The notes below the pieces were generated by a model, which was not told where the DNA came from, did no database searches, and was given only the letters and a program-made list of their open reading frames with translations. A stretch of DNA of 64,000 bases from positions 41,964 to 105,963 of the forward strand of contig JAUWKS010000005.1 of NCBI GenBank assembly GCA_030614005.1. Direction: 5' to 3'. Each line of letters begins with the position of its first letter. The stretch's first letter is position 1. The stretch is from Candidatus Heimdallarchaeota archaeon (GTDB taxonomy: Archaea > Asgardarchaeota > Heimdallarchaeia > JABLTI01). This document shows positions 29,250-38,637 of the stretch, one piece after another. The translations under genes were made by a program, and so were the position numbers.

Positions 29250-29942
29250 CTACATATCTTCGATATCAATAAAAAAGATAGCAATGCAATTGACTATTAG
29301 AATTAATTTCTGTGATATTTGCGCTAGTAAAATCAATGTATCATTACTACTAATTATTATCAAAAGGTAGAAAAACGTGAAGAGAGACGCTACAAAGAAT
29401 ACAATTATTGTCATTGTAAGATCCCAATAAAAAGCAGGTGTTTTTTCTGGTTTTTTTAGACGGTGTTTTCTTGTGAACCTCAGCATTTGTAAAAAGAAGT
29501 TGAGAAAACCAAAACCAGCAATAAACAATGTAGCACCTATTCCATGAAGAAGTCTTAAGGTAGTATGATCCGCAGGTATAGCTGTTAATGCTCCTCCAAC
29601 AGCCATAATAAGACTAACTATACCTTTCGAAACATTATGTTTGAGCTCTTTCATGACAAAATAGATAATTGCAATAACAAGGAAAATTGTACTACAGATA
29701 GAAAAGCCAATGCCAAAAATAATTGATGATGTTAAATTTGAAAGATAGTTAGCACTAAAATATTTCCCAAGCTGGCTTACATATTCTTGAAAGAAGAAGT
29801 ATTTTTCAGGAAAGAATATCCAAGAAAAAACAATAGTAAAAAATAGAATTGGTGCAATAGATATAATTAATCTGTGAAGTAATTTTTGGGTTTTGAGATT
29901 AGTATTTTCTTTTTCGTTGAGAGGTGGATTAATTGATTGCAT
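29250..29942 (-). CDS. Polytopic membrane protein, DUF998-like; tandem paralog B
   Basis: See paralog A. Conserved 3' flank (AAAAAAGCCATTTTTC / AAAAAAACCATTTTTC) indicates a segmental tandem duplication. Confidence 0.6.
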   Translation of the reverse strand: MQSINPPLNEKENTNLKTQKLLHRLIISIAPILFFTIVFSWIFFPEKYFFFQEYVSQLGKYFSANYLSNLTSSIIFGIGFSICSTIFLVIAIIYFVMKELKHNVSKGIVSLIMAVGGALTAIPADHTTLRLLHGIGATLFIAGFGFLNFFLQMLRFTRKHRLKKPEKTPAFYWDLTMTIIVFFVASLFTFFYLLIIISSNDTLILLAQISQKLILIVNCIAIFFIDIEDM

Positions 29943-30188
29943 GTGATATGGTAATTATTTGTGATTTATATAGATATATCCTAGCATTGCACATAATAAT
30001 GAAGCACTTTCGATGGTACTTTTTGTTTCAAAAAACATTGAATAGCAAAGTACACAACTGTTAACCAAAATATTTTTGATTTTGTTTTAATAAAAATTTT
30101 ATGCGGTTTTAGTCGAAAAAAAAGGCTTTGTAGATAAATAGTCTGAGAGGTCATCCTATCTTCTACTATTTACCATTTTAATTAGTTT

Positions 30189-30524
30189 TCATCCTTGATA
30201 TTGATCAAAGCTACTTTCTATTGGAACAGATGATTTTTCTCTTCCTCTCCTCACAAATTCCCGAATAATATTAATAGATGTAATTAAGGCGAATATTTCA
30301 AATACAATAAACGCTAATGAAAGCACTATTGCAGCAATTATCTGAAAAGTATCCCAAGTGTAAAAAAGATCAGGTGAGAATGTGCCACCTTTAAAGAAAC
30401 CTGGAATTATTAAATATTGTACTAAAGCTATTGGTAAGCTTATTCCAAATAATAAAGCTCCAATTAGTACTGATACTAGGTGGAATATTGACTTGTATTG
30501 ATGTCGTGTATCCATGTATATCAA
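30189..30524 (-). CDS. Small membrane protein (3 predicted TM helices)
   Basis: Hydrophobic segments LVSVLIGALLFGISLPIALVQYLIIPGFF and IIAAIVLSLAFIVFEIFALI. Confidence 0.4.
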   Translation of the reverse strand: MIYMDTRHQYKSIFHLVSVLIGALLFGISLPIALVQYLIIPGFFKGGTFSPDLFYTWDTFQIIAAIVLSLAFIVFEIFALITSINIIREFVRRGREKSSVPIESSFDQYQG

Positions 30525-30566
30525 CTCTTTCTGTTATGAAATATCCTAATTTATTAATGTTTATTG

Positions 30567-31073
30567 TTAGTACATATCCCAATGAACTAGTTCATCAAGT
30601 TCTTTTCTAGATGATTCTCGTTCTTGATCTGGATAACCCAATGCCACTAAAGCCATTATGTTCAGATTATCAGGTACATTGAGTAATTTCTTTAGTTCTG
30701 ATTCAAAAGATGTTCCAATTACTCCCGCCCAACAGGTACCTAAACCCTCAGCATGAGCTTGAATCATAAAGTGAAGAATTGTAAGCCCCGTATCTGACAT
30801 ATGATATTTGGAGTGAATTTCAGGATTTGTTAAAGGGATGAAAACTACTGGGCTTTCAGCAACGAATTTTGCATACGGATGAATTTCAGCAAATTTCTTT
30901 CTCATAACTTCATCTTTAACAATTAAGAATTCCCAAGGTTGTTTATTAGATGCTGAAGGAGCCCATCTAGCTGCTTCAAGACATTTGTTCAACTTTTCTT
31001 CTTCTACTGGTTTTGATTTGTATTTTCTTATACTTCTCCTTGATTTCAATAATTCTAATGTATCCATCTTCAT
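30567..31073 (-). CDS. Nitroreductase-family (NAD(P)H:FMN oxidoreductase fold) protein
   Basis: LLKSRRSIRKYKSKPVEEEKLNKCLEAARWAPSASNKQPWEFLIV is the canonical nitroreductase N-terminal block. Confidence 0.85.
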   Translation of the reverse strand: MKMDTLELLKSRRSIRKYKSKPVEEEKLNKCLEAARWAPSASNKQPWEFLIVKDEVMRKKFAEIHPYAKFVAESPVVFIPLTNPEIHSKYHMSDTGLTILHFMIQAHAEGLGTCWAGVIGTSFESELKKLLNVPDNLNIMALVALGYPDQERESSRKELDELVHWDMY

Positions 31074-31523
31074 TCACCATTCTTTCTTATGTATCACTAA
31101 TTGTTTAATAGTTATTAGTTTCCTTTTCAGTTTCAATACCGTCATATATCAGTCAATTTCTTAAGAATACCATTAAAGCAAATACAAAATAGTATATCTG
31201 ATATGAACTTACCATAAATCTTTCAATTAATCCCATAAAACTACTTGTGACAAAGATTCCAGAAATTATCACTTAAATTAAAGACACACAAGCAGCGACT
31301 AATGAAAATATTGCGAAACCAGTCCAACCTTCAGTCACTCTTAATCGAACGAACACAAATACCATTGCTGTAATTTGGCGCCAACATTCCACAAATAGCT
31401 AGAATATGAAATTTATTCATAGAAATCACAATCAGATAGTTATAATTCTAAAATATTATTTTAAACAATTGTGTATCAATTACAAAAAAATTTCTTGTTA
31501 GAAATTAAAAATTACCAAAGTTT

Positions 31524-32489
31524 TTATTCGAGAGCATCTTTGATTATTTCTTGGAATAGCAGTTCATCAATATTTCCACCTGACATCACTGCTACTACTA
31601 CTCTATCTCTAAAAAGTGATTTGTTTTCCAATATTGGAGCTACGGCTGCAGCTGCAGCACCTTCAACTCTAATATTCTCTCTATGCCAAATAAGAGCAAG
31701 TGCTTTACGAATGGATTCTTCTTCTACTAGAACAACTTCATCTACATATTGCTTAATAATATCGAAGGTTATTGATCCAAGCTCAATGCCACCAAACATA
31801 CCATCTGTAATCGAATCCTTCATTTCAACATCAATTATTTTACCTGCTTTTAGAGATTCATAAAATGCTGGACACGCAGAAGTTTGAACGCCAACAATAT
31901 TGATATCAGGTCTTTTTGATTTAATTGCAATTAAAATACCTGATAATAACCCTCCACCTCCCAAAGGAACCAGAACATCGGTTATTGATGGTTGTTGTTC
32001 TAATAGTTCCAAACCAATTGTTCCTTGACCTGCCACAACTAACTCATCATTATATCCTGAAACAAAGGTGAGAGATTCTTCTTTAGCTAATTTTCTGGCA
32101 TAAACTTCAGCTTCGTCATAGTTGTTGCCTTCAAGAACCAATTCAACTTTGTATTTTCTAATCTTGTCAATTTTGTTTTGTGGAGTGCTTTTTGGGATGA
32201 CAATTTTTGCAGAAATCTCTAGCTGTTCTGTAACAACACCAACAGCTTGAGCGTGATTCCCAGAAGAAACTGCCAATACTCCCTTCTTTTTTTCCTCTAT
32301 TGAGAGATTCAACATTTTATTCAAAGCACCTCGTATTTTGAAAGAATTAGTTATTTGTTGGTTCTCTAATTTGAGAAATATTTGTCCGCTGCAGTAACTG
32401 CTAAGGTATTCAGAGAAATGTAAAGGAGTTTCATTGATGAAAGGTTGAATTATTTCCCGTGCTTTCTCTATTGCTTGAATATTGACCAT
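31524..32489 (-). CDS. PLP-dependent threonine/serine dehydratase (fold type II; threonine ammonia-lyase / serine racemase-like)
   Basis: PLP-lysine motif SFKIRGALNK; Gly-rich PLP phosphate loop VLVPLGGGGLLSGI; length 321 aa (catabolic, no ACT domains). Confidence 0.8.
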   Translation of the reverse strand: MVNIQAIEKAREIIQPFINETPLHFSEYLSSYCSGQIFLKLENQQITNSFKIRGALNKMLNLSIEEKKKGVLAVSSGNHAQAVGVVTEQLEISAKIVIPKSTPQNKIDKIRKYKVELVLEGNNYDEAEVYARKLAKEESLTFVSGYNDELVVAGQGTIGLELLEQQPSITDVLVPLGGGGLLSGILIAIKSKRPDINIVGVQTSACPAFYESLKAGKIIDVEMKDSITDGMFGGIELGSITFDIIKQYVDEVVLVEEESIRKALALIWHRENIRVEGAAAAAVAPILENKSLFRDRVVVAVMSGGNIDELLFQEIIKDALE

Positions 32490-32621
32490 AAATTAGTAGT
32501 AGTCTATAACAATTTATTAATTTTGTAAACTCTTTAGTATCAAAAATGGAATACAGAATATTAATTAGAACTGAGATTACTTTTGATATCAAGATTAGCT
32601 GAATATTAATTTTGATAACTG

Positions 32622-33578
32622 GTGTTTGAATTGATGAAAATTGTCACTCTAAAAGAAATAAAGGAAATTTTAGGAAAAATAGATTCGATTAAAGAGATAG
32701 AGAAAGGTTTTGTAGAATATTCAAACGGGAATGTTGTTGTTCCTCCAGTTGGAGAAATGATATTCAAAGATCCACCAGGTGACGTTCACATAAAGTATGG
32801 ATATATCAAAGAGGATAGATTTTTCGTTGTAAAAATCGCTTCTGGTTTTTACGAAAATATAAATTTTGGTCTACCAAATAATTCAGGTTTAATGTTATTA
32901 TTCACTCAAAAAACCGGGGAGTTACTCTGTATCCTCCTAGATGAAGGTCATTTAACGAATATTCGCACTGCTGCAGCAGGAGCTGTCGTAGCATGTTATC
33001 TTGCACCGAAGAAGGTAAATCGTATAGGTATTTTTGGTACAGGTGTCCAAGGAAAGCTTCAGCTCGAATACCTAAAATCTTTTGTCAAATGCAATGAAGT
33101 CATTGTTTGGGGTCGAAGTCAACAGAGATTAGATTTATACAAAGAGGAAATGAAAACTTTTGATTTCAATATTGAAACAACACTCAATGCTGAAGATGTA
33201 ACCTCTACTTGTAATTTCATTGTTACTTGTACTCCATCAACATCTCCACTAATTAATTCAGACCAAGTGATGAAAGGAACACACATTACAGCAGTTGGAT
33301 CTGACACGCCGGAAAAACAAGAATTAGATGCAAAAATATTACAAAAAGCTGATCGTGTAGTAGTTGATAGCATTAGCCAAGTTTTATCTCGAGGGGAGAG
33401 TTTTCATGCTCTTGAAATGGGCTTGATCACTGAAGAGGATTTAATTGAACTAGGAAATGTAATACAAAATAAAAAATTGCAAAGAGCATCAGATGATGAA
33501 ATAACAGTAGCAGATCTAACTGGAGTAGCAGTTCAAGATTTACAAATAGCCAAAGCAGTTTGGGGAAAAATTTGTTAA
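32622..33578 (+). CDS. Ornithine cyclodeaminase / mu-crystallin family NAD-dependent enzyme (archaeal alanine dehydrogenases also belong to this family)
   Basis: Rossmann motif IGIFGTGVQGKLQ; TAAAGAV segment; size and overall pattern of the OCD/mu-crystallin family. SD GGTG upstream. Confidence 0.75.
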   Translation: MFELMKIVTLKEIKEILGKIDSIKEIEKGFVEYSNGNVVVPPVGEMIFKDPPGDVHIKYGYIKEDRFFVVKIASGFYENINFGLPNNSGLMLLFTQKTGELLCILLDEGHLTNIRTAAAGAVVACYLAPKKVNRIGIFGTGVQGKLQLEYLKSFVKCNEVIVWGRSQQRLDLYKEEMKTFDFNIETTLNAEDVTSTCNFIVTCTPSTSPLINSDQVMKGTHITAVGSDTPEKQELDAKILQKADRVVVDSISQVLSRGESFHALEMGLITEEDLIELGNVIQNKKLQRASDDEITVADLTGVAVQDLQIAKAVWGKIC

Positions 33579-33627
33579 AATAATTAAGTGGAGAAATATA
33601 CTAATAATAACAGATAGAAATCAATCA

Positions 33628-34761
33628 ATGGAGAAGCAGAAAATGAAAGTTGACGATTTTTTGGTAGAATTATTTATGGATAAATATGAAATGAATGTTG
33701 AGATAAACATTGCAGAAACCTGTGTTGATCCTTTTACACTAGGTGAGTTTCTTAAATTAGTGGAGTATGAAGATTTCTTTGAGGATTTTAAAAGTAAAAA
33801 ATTAACATATGGACATATTACCGGTTCACCAGAATTAAGACAAGGTATTGCAAATTTGTATGATACGATGAGTGCAAAGAACATACTCTTGAGTGGTGGT
33901 GCTATTGGAGCAAATTTTCTTTCATTCTACAGCTTAATTGATTCTGGAGATACCGTTGTTTCTATTTTTCCAGCCTATCAGCAATTGTATAGTGTTGCAA
34001 AATCTTTCGGGGCTAATGTTAAATTATGGAAGCTGAAATGGGAAGAAAAGTGGCAACCAAATATAGACGATTTAGCATCTCTTGTTGATAAGAAAACAAA
34101 AATGATAGTTATAAATAATCCACATAACCCCACAGGTTGTTTAATTAGCAACAAACAACTCAAACAAATATGTGAAATAGCAGAAGACTGTGATGCTTAC
34201 GTTCACTATGACGAAGCCTACAAAGGCCTCTATCTGAATGATAATGACAAGATTACTTCAGCAGTAGATATTTATGATAAAGCGATTTCTACAGGATCTT
34301 TTTCAAAAGGTCTATCTCTAACAGGATTGCGATTGGGATGGATTGCAGCAAGTGAAGAGATTACAGAAAGATTTGCCGGATATAGGCAATATACAACAAT
34401 TAGCAATGGAATGTTAGACGATGCACTAGGAGCATTAGCAATGAAACATGTGGATCGAATTTATGAAAGAAACATTGGTATAATAAAAACGAATTTCAAA
34501 ATACTTGCTGAATTCATTGAAAAAGAACCACTACTAGATTGGATCCCACCAAGAGCAGGAAGTGTAGGATTCTTAAAACTTAATTTAGATATGCCAACTG
34601 AAGATTTTTGTGTACAGCTTATCAATCAGAAAAGTACTTTTCTAGTTCCTAGCACTTGTTTTGAAATGGAGGGCTTTCTACGAATAGGATTTGGAAACAA
34701 CACTGAAGTGTTAAAGGCAGGGTTAATCCGGTTAAAAGAATTCCTAGATACTATGAGGTAA
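33628..34761 (+). CDS. Class I/II PLP-dependent aminotransferase
   Basis: PLP-Lys block GSFSKGLSLTGLRLGWIAAS (SxSK...G.R.G), NNPHNPTG and YDEAY blocks. Confidence 0.8.
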   Translation: MEKQKMKVDDFLVELFMDKYEMNVEINIAETCVDPFTLGEFLKLVEYEDFFEDFKSKKLTYGHITGSPELRQGIANLYDTMSAKNILLSGGAIGANFLSFYSLIDSGDTVVSIFPAYQQLYSVAKSFGANVKLWKLKWEEKWQPNIDDLASLVDKKTKMIVINNPHNPTGCLISNKQLKQICEIAEDCDAYVHYDEAYKGLYLNDNDKITSAVDIYDKAISTGSFSKGLSLTGLRLGWIAASEEITERFAGYRQYTTISNGMLDDALGALAMKHVDRIYERNIGIIKTNFKILAEFIEKEPLLDWIPPRAGSVGFLKLNLDMPTEDFCVQLINQKSTFLVPSTCFEMEGFLRIGFGNNTEVLKAGLIRLKEFLDTMR

Positions 34762-34767
34762 GTGTAA

Positions 34768-35634
34768 ATGGAAGAACAAGAACTAAATCAACTATTTCCT
34801 ACTATTTCTTCTCGAGAGAAATTCTATATAGAAATGGTTGATGGTGCAAAAGTAATGGTGTACAAATTTCTACCAAATGAAGAAAAAGAATCAGAACTAA
34901 AAGCTCCTATATTATTTGTTCCAGGGTTCACATCATATTTCAGTCAATGGTGTACAATCATAAACTACTTGGTAGAGCAAAGACACACTGTGTATGTTTT
35001 TGAAAGTAGAGAGAAAAAGACTTCTACTTCAAAAGTATCTGCCCCTCGCTCTGATACTGATGGACTAATTGCCGATTTAAATGATGTAGTAGCATTTCTT
35101 AAACTTCCACAACCATTTTTTATGATTGGAAATTCACTCGGATCAACAATGATTCTAAAACACGTTATTGATAATGAAACAAATAGTGCACAACTACCAG
35201 ATAAAATTGCATTGCTTCAAGCAGTGTACACCTCATCACCTCTTCAACGGTTTATAGATTTAGCAGAAAGAAAAATACTATTCCATATTGTAATGAGGTT
35301 TATGCTAACATTTTCACCAATTATTTTCTGGAAAAGCAGAAGAAAGACACCAAACTCATATCGAAATTCTATAAATAATTTAAGAAATACTGAACTAGAA
35401 AAAATGAGAATTGGTTTTATCTGTTCTGTTACTTTAAGAATACTTGATGATTTGCCTAAAGTAAAAGTTCCTACATTAGCAATTGGTATTGGAAATGATG
35501 CCACACATCCTAAAGAACAAGCAATACTAATTTCTGAACAAGTAAAGAATGGTTTCTATCATGAAATCCCGGATAAAGAGACTATAGATTCTGAAATAAC
35601 TGCGAAGATCATCACTGATTTCCTCGAAAAATGA
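34768..35634 (+). CDS. Alpha/beta hydrolase-fold protein
   Basis: LFVPGFTSY and nucleophile elbow GNSLGS. Directly follows the aminotransferase, likely the same operon. Confidence 0.55.
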   Translation: MEEQELNQLFPTISSREKFYIEMVDGAKVMVYKFLPNEEKESELKAPILFVPGFTSYFSQWCTIINYLVEQRHTVYVFESREKKTSTSKVSAPRSDTDGLIADLNDVVAFLKLPQPFFMIGNSLGSTMILKHVIDNETNSAQLPDKIALLQAVYTSSPLQRFIDLAERKILFHIVMRFMLTFSPIIFWKSRRKTPNSYRNSINNLRNTELEKMRIGFICSVTLRILDDLPKVKVPTLAIGIGNDATHPKEQAILISEQVKNGFYHEIPDKETIDSEITAKIITDFLEK

Positions 35635-35847
35635 TTAATGCTATTCATAGTAAAAAACTAATCTCTCTATTTCGGAATTTTTTTGCAAGAGTTTTAATCC
35701 TTTCTCTGTTCTTTTTTTTGTAATTAACATTTTTTTTTACGTATATTAGTTGTATTCTTAAAATAACTGAAAAAAATCTTGCAATTAATTCAGAATTTGA
35801 ATAAATAAATCTTCCGTGTTATTACTAAAAGAATAAGAAATCTTTAT

Positions 35848-36654
35848 TTGATTTCATTAACAAAAAGAGAAATTGTGGGAAGAGTCATGCAGAGCAAAAA
35901 TAAACATGATATGATTATGTTTACATTTAGATTATTATTAGCTATTTTTAGTTGGATTGTATTAGTGATGATGTTTTATCAAAATGTAATAAGTCAATCC
36001 AATATATCTTCAGGAATATTAGCTGCAATTGGCTCATACAAATATTACTCTAGGCAAACCAATCTATTGGTTGCGTTATGGTATAGCTTTGCTCTGATAT
36101 TTCATTTTAAACCAATTTATCTTAAGAAAATACAAGGTGTGCTCAAAGGAGCAATTACAGTTTATATTACAATAACTTTTGTAGTTTTTGCTGTGATGTT
36201 GAGTGATTTGTATCACCCAACAGGTATTGATAGTTTCTTGAGTGTTTGTTCACATTATCTTATTCCTATTATGTTTGTTGTTGATTGGTTTATATTTGAA
36301 ACAGATAACAACTACGAGTGGAGATATCTAGCCTATTGGATTATTTATTTACTTCTTTATTTGATTTTTACAATTGTTTATGCATATTTTACAAATAACT
36401 ATCTCTACCCATTTCTCAATATTCAAAATTTAGGCTGGGGTAAATTTACCTTAAATGTAGGTTTATTAATAGCTGTATCTCTATTTTTTGGATTACTATT
36501 TATTAGTGCGAATAAAATTATCAGATACACAATTGAAAAGAGGAGTTTATCGAAAGATAATGTCAATTTTATCAACTTTGGCTCCAATAAAAAATCAAGA
36601 ATCCCAACTTCGACTGAATATTATGATAGTTTTTGTATTGTGATATCATCTTAA
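35848..36654 (+). CDS. Polytopic membrane protein, unknown function
   Basis: 6-7 hydrophobic helices; no motif recognised. Confidence 0.4.
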   Translation: MISLTKREIVGRVMQSKNKHDMIMFTFRLLLAIFSWIVLVMMFYQNVISQSNISSGILAAIGSYKYYSRQTNLLVALWYSFALIFHFKPIYLKKIQGVLKGAITVYITITFVVFAVMLSDLYHPTGIDSFLSVCSHYLIPIMFVVDWFIFETDNNYEWRYLAYWIIYLLLYLIFTIVYAYFTNNYLYPFLNIQNLGWGKFTLNVGLLIAVSLFFGLLFISANKIIRYTIEKRSLSKDNVNFINFGSNKKSRIPTSTEYYDSFCIVISS

Positions 36655-36768
36655 ATCAAGACAATTGTGGTGTTAAATTAGTTGAATCTGTTTTAAATGA
36701 TGAAGTTTGTAAATATGCAATAAATTTACTTGATATCATTCTAAAACAAGTGGAAAAAAGAATATTTA

Positions 36769-37371
36769 TCAAACTTTTCTTTTTCTTTCTTTTTTAGTAA
36801 AAATTCTTATGAATACAAAAAAGAACCAAGAAAAGATGATTGTGAATGGGATAATAGTTAACACTGCGACTAAGTTTTTTACAATTATGTATTCAGAAGC
36901 AATACCAAATACAAGCGCAAGCGAAATCCCTAATGAAATCAAAAATGAGATTCCATAAATTATCAGACTCTGTCTGTTTAAGAACCTTGATTTACTTTTA
37001 TTCTTTTCTGAGAAATCACTACTACCACATTTGATACAATATTGAACTCCTGTTGGATTATTAAAAGAACAGATATTACATTTTTGAATGAATAGTCTCT
37101 TTGCTTTGGCTTCCAATAAGATTCTATTCATATCTTGATTGCATTCAAGGCAGGTACTATTTTGCTCTATTTGGAGTAATTTATGATCTGTGGCCTTTCC
37201 GCAATATGGACAAAAAATAATATTATGATATACGCCCTTTTTTCTTGCTTCAGGTTTTTCAATTTTCTCCTCTTCTGAAACCATTTCAATCCTCATTTTG
37301 TTATTCAATTGCTTGTTATTTAAGGAATTGTATTCATAAATAAGAAAAAACATCATTGCAATTAGTGGCAA
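36769..37371 (-). CDS. Double zinc-ribbon protein with a C-terminal 2-TM anchor (true start probably the internal Met MRIEMVSEEE)
   Basis: CPYCGK...CLECNQ and CNICSF...CIKCGS CxxC pairs, then TM helices LIIYGISFLISLGISLALVFGIA and LVAVLTIIPFTIIFSWFFFVFI. Confidence 0.5.
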   Translation of the reverse strand: MPLIAMMFFLIYEYNSLNNKQLNNKMRIEMVSEEEKIEKPEARKKGVYHNIIFCPYCGKATDHKLLQIEQNSTCLECNQDMNRILLEAKAKRLFIQKCNICSFNNPTGVQYCIKCGSSDFSEKNKSKSRFLNRQSLIIYGISFLISLGISLALVFGIASEYIIVKNLVAVLTIIPFTIIFSWFFFVFIRIFTKKERKRKV

Positions 37372-37423
37372 TATTTATTAATGTTTTTTGCCAACTATTG
37401 TATAGTGCTCGGAGAAAACTTGA

Positions 37424-38605
37424 ATGACTAATACAATTGAAATTTTTGGAAAAGATCAAAAGGAAATTGAGAAAAAAATACATTCCATTGAAAATGGGTT
37501 AATTCCTATAGCTATCGAAGATAATCAGCTTGCACCTCAATGGACTGAGAAAGCTAACCTCGAGGAACGAATGGAATTCTATAATGTTCCAGGTTTAAGT
37601 ATTGCTTATATCAATAATTTTGAAGTTGAATGGTCGAAAACTTTTGGTATAAGAGATGCACGAACAACAGACATTGTTTCACTTGATACTCTGTTTGAAT
37701 CAGGCTCAACAGCAAAATCGTTTACAGCATTAGCAGCACTGCAATCTGTTGCAAAGAATTTATTGAATTTAGATGAGAATGTTAATGATAAATTGAAGGC
37801 TTGGAAAATACCTGAGAGTGATTTAACTAAAGAGGAGAAAGTAACACTTGAACGTCTTTTATCTCACACCGCAGGAATTAACAGACCTGATAGTATGTTT
37901 GGATCAGAACCAGGTTCTATTCTAACAATTGACCACATCTTAAGTGGAGAGAAACCAGCTTTAAATGATCCCGTGAAAGTCGAATTCGTACCTGGATCAA
38001 GTCACCAATATTCCAATCTTGGATATATCATCATTGAGAAACTTTTAACTGATATTTACGGAAAGTCTTTCGTTGATTTAATGAAAGAAATTATTCTTGA
38101 ACCTCTCTCAATGAAACGTTCTACATTTGAGTATCCTGAAGGTGAACTTGGAAAAAGGACTATTGTTCCACACGACCAAAATGGTGATGCACAAGAAACA
38201 GGAATAATGCGTGGGGCTGCTGCTCATGGCGGTCTTCTAACTACGCCTGTTGAGCTTGGCCAATTTGTAGTTGAATTGATGAAAGGCTATAATGGTAACT
38301 CTAAAATTCTTTCTCAAGAAACAGTAAAACAAATGCTAACACCTGTTTTACCTCTTGATCCAGCAAAATTCTTTGGTTTTACGGGGCAAGCATTAGGAAT
38401 GTTTCTAATAGAAAAAGATGATAATTTGTTCTTCACACATCCCGGAACAAATATGCCTGGTGCAGTATGTTTTATGGCAGGAAGTCCATCTGCTAGTCAA
38501 GGATTAATTGTTATGTCAAATGCTATCAAAGCAGAATTGCTTCATTTGGAGATTCTCCATGGAATTGCTACAATTTTTGATTGGCCATTTTGGCAAAAAG
38601 ATTAA
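37424..38605 (+). CDS. Serine hydrolase of the beta-lactamase / PBP (class C-like) family
   Basis: SxxK active-site motif FESGSTAKSF; second motif YSN (HQYSNLGY); later HxG/KTG-region candidates (FTHPGT). SD GGAGA upstream. Confidence 0.8.
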   Translation: MTNTIEIFGKDQKEIEKKIHSIENGLIPIAIEDNQLAPQWTEKANLEERMEFYNVPGLSIAYINNFEVEWSKTFGIRDARTTDIVSLDTLFESGSTAKSFTALAALQSVAKNLLNLDENVNDKLKAWKIPESDLTKEEKVTLERLLSHTAGINRPDSMFGSEPGSILTIDHILSGEKPALNDPVKVEFVPGSSHQYSNLGYIIIEKLLTDIYGKSFVDLMKEIILEPLSMKRSTFEYPEGELGKRTIVPHDQNGDAQETGIMRGAAAHGGLLTTPVELGQFVVELMKGYNGNSKILSQETVKQMLTPVLPLDPAKFFGFTGQALGMFLIEKDDNLFFTHPGTNMPGAVCFMAGSPSASQGLIVMSNAIKAELLHLEILHGIATIFDWPFWQKD

Positions 38606-38637
38606 TCGATTAAAAGAAGCTAGAGAAGAGTGATTGC

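Larger units (their letters stand above)
28390..29942 (-). repeat. Tandem gene duplication (~860-bp unit) of the DUF998-like membrane protein gene, including its 3' flank
   Basis: Two adjacent same-strand ORFs with high protein identity and a conserved downstream sequence. Confidence 0.6.
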
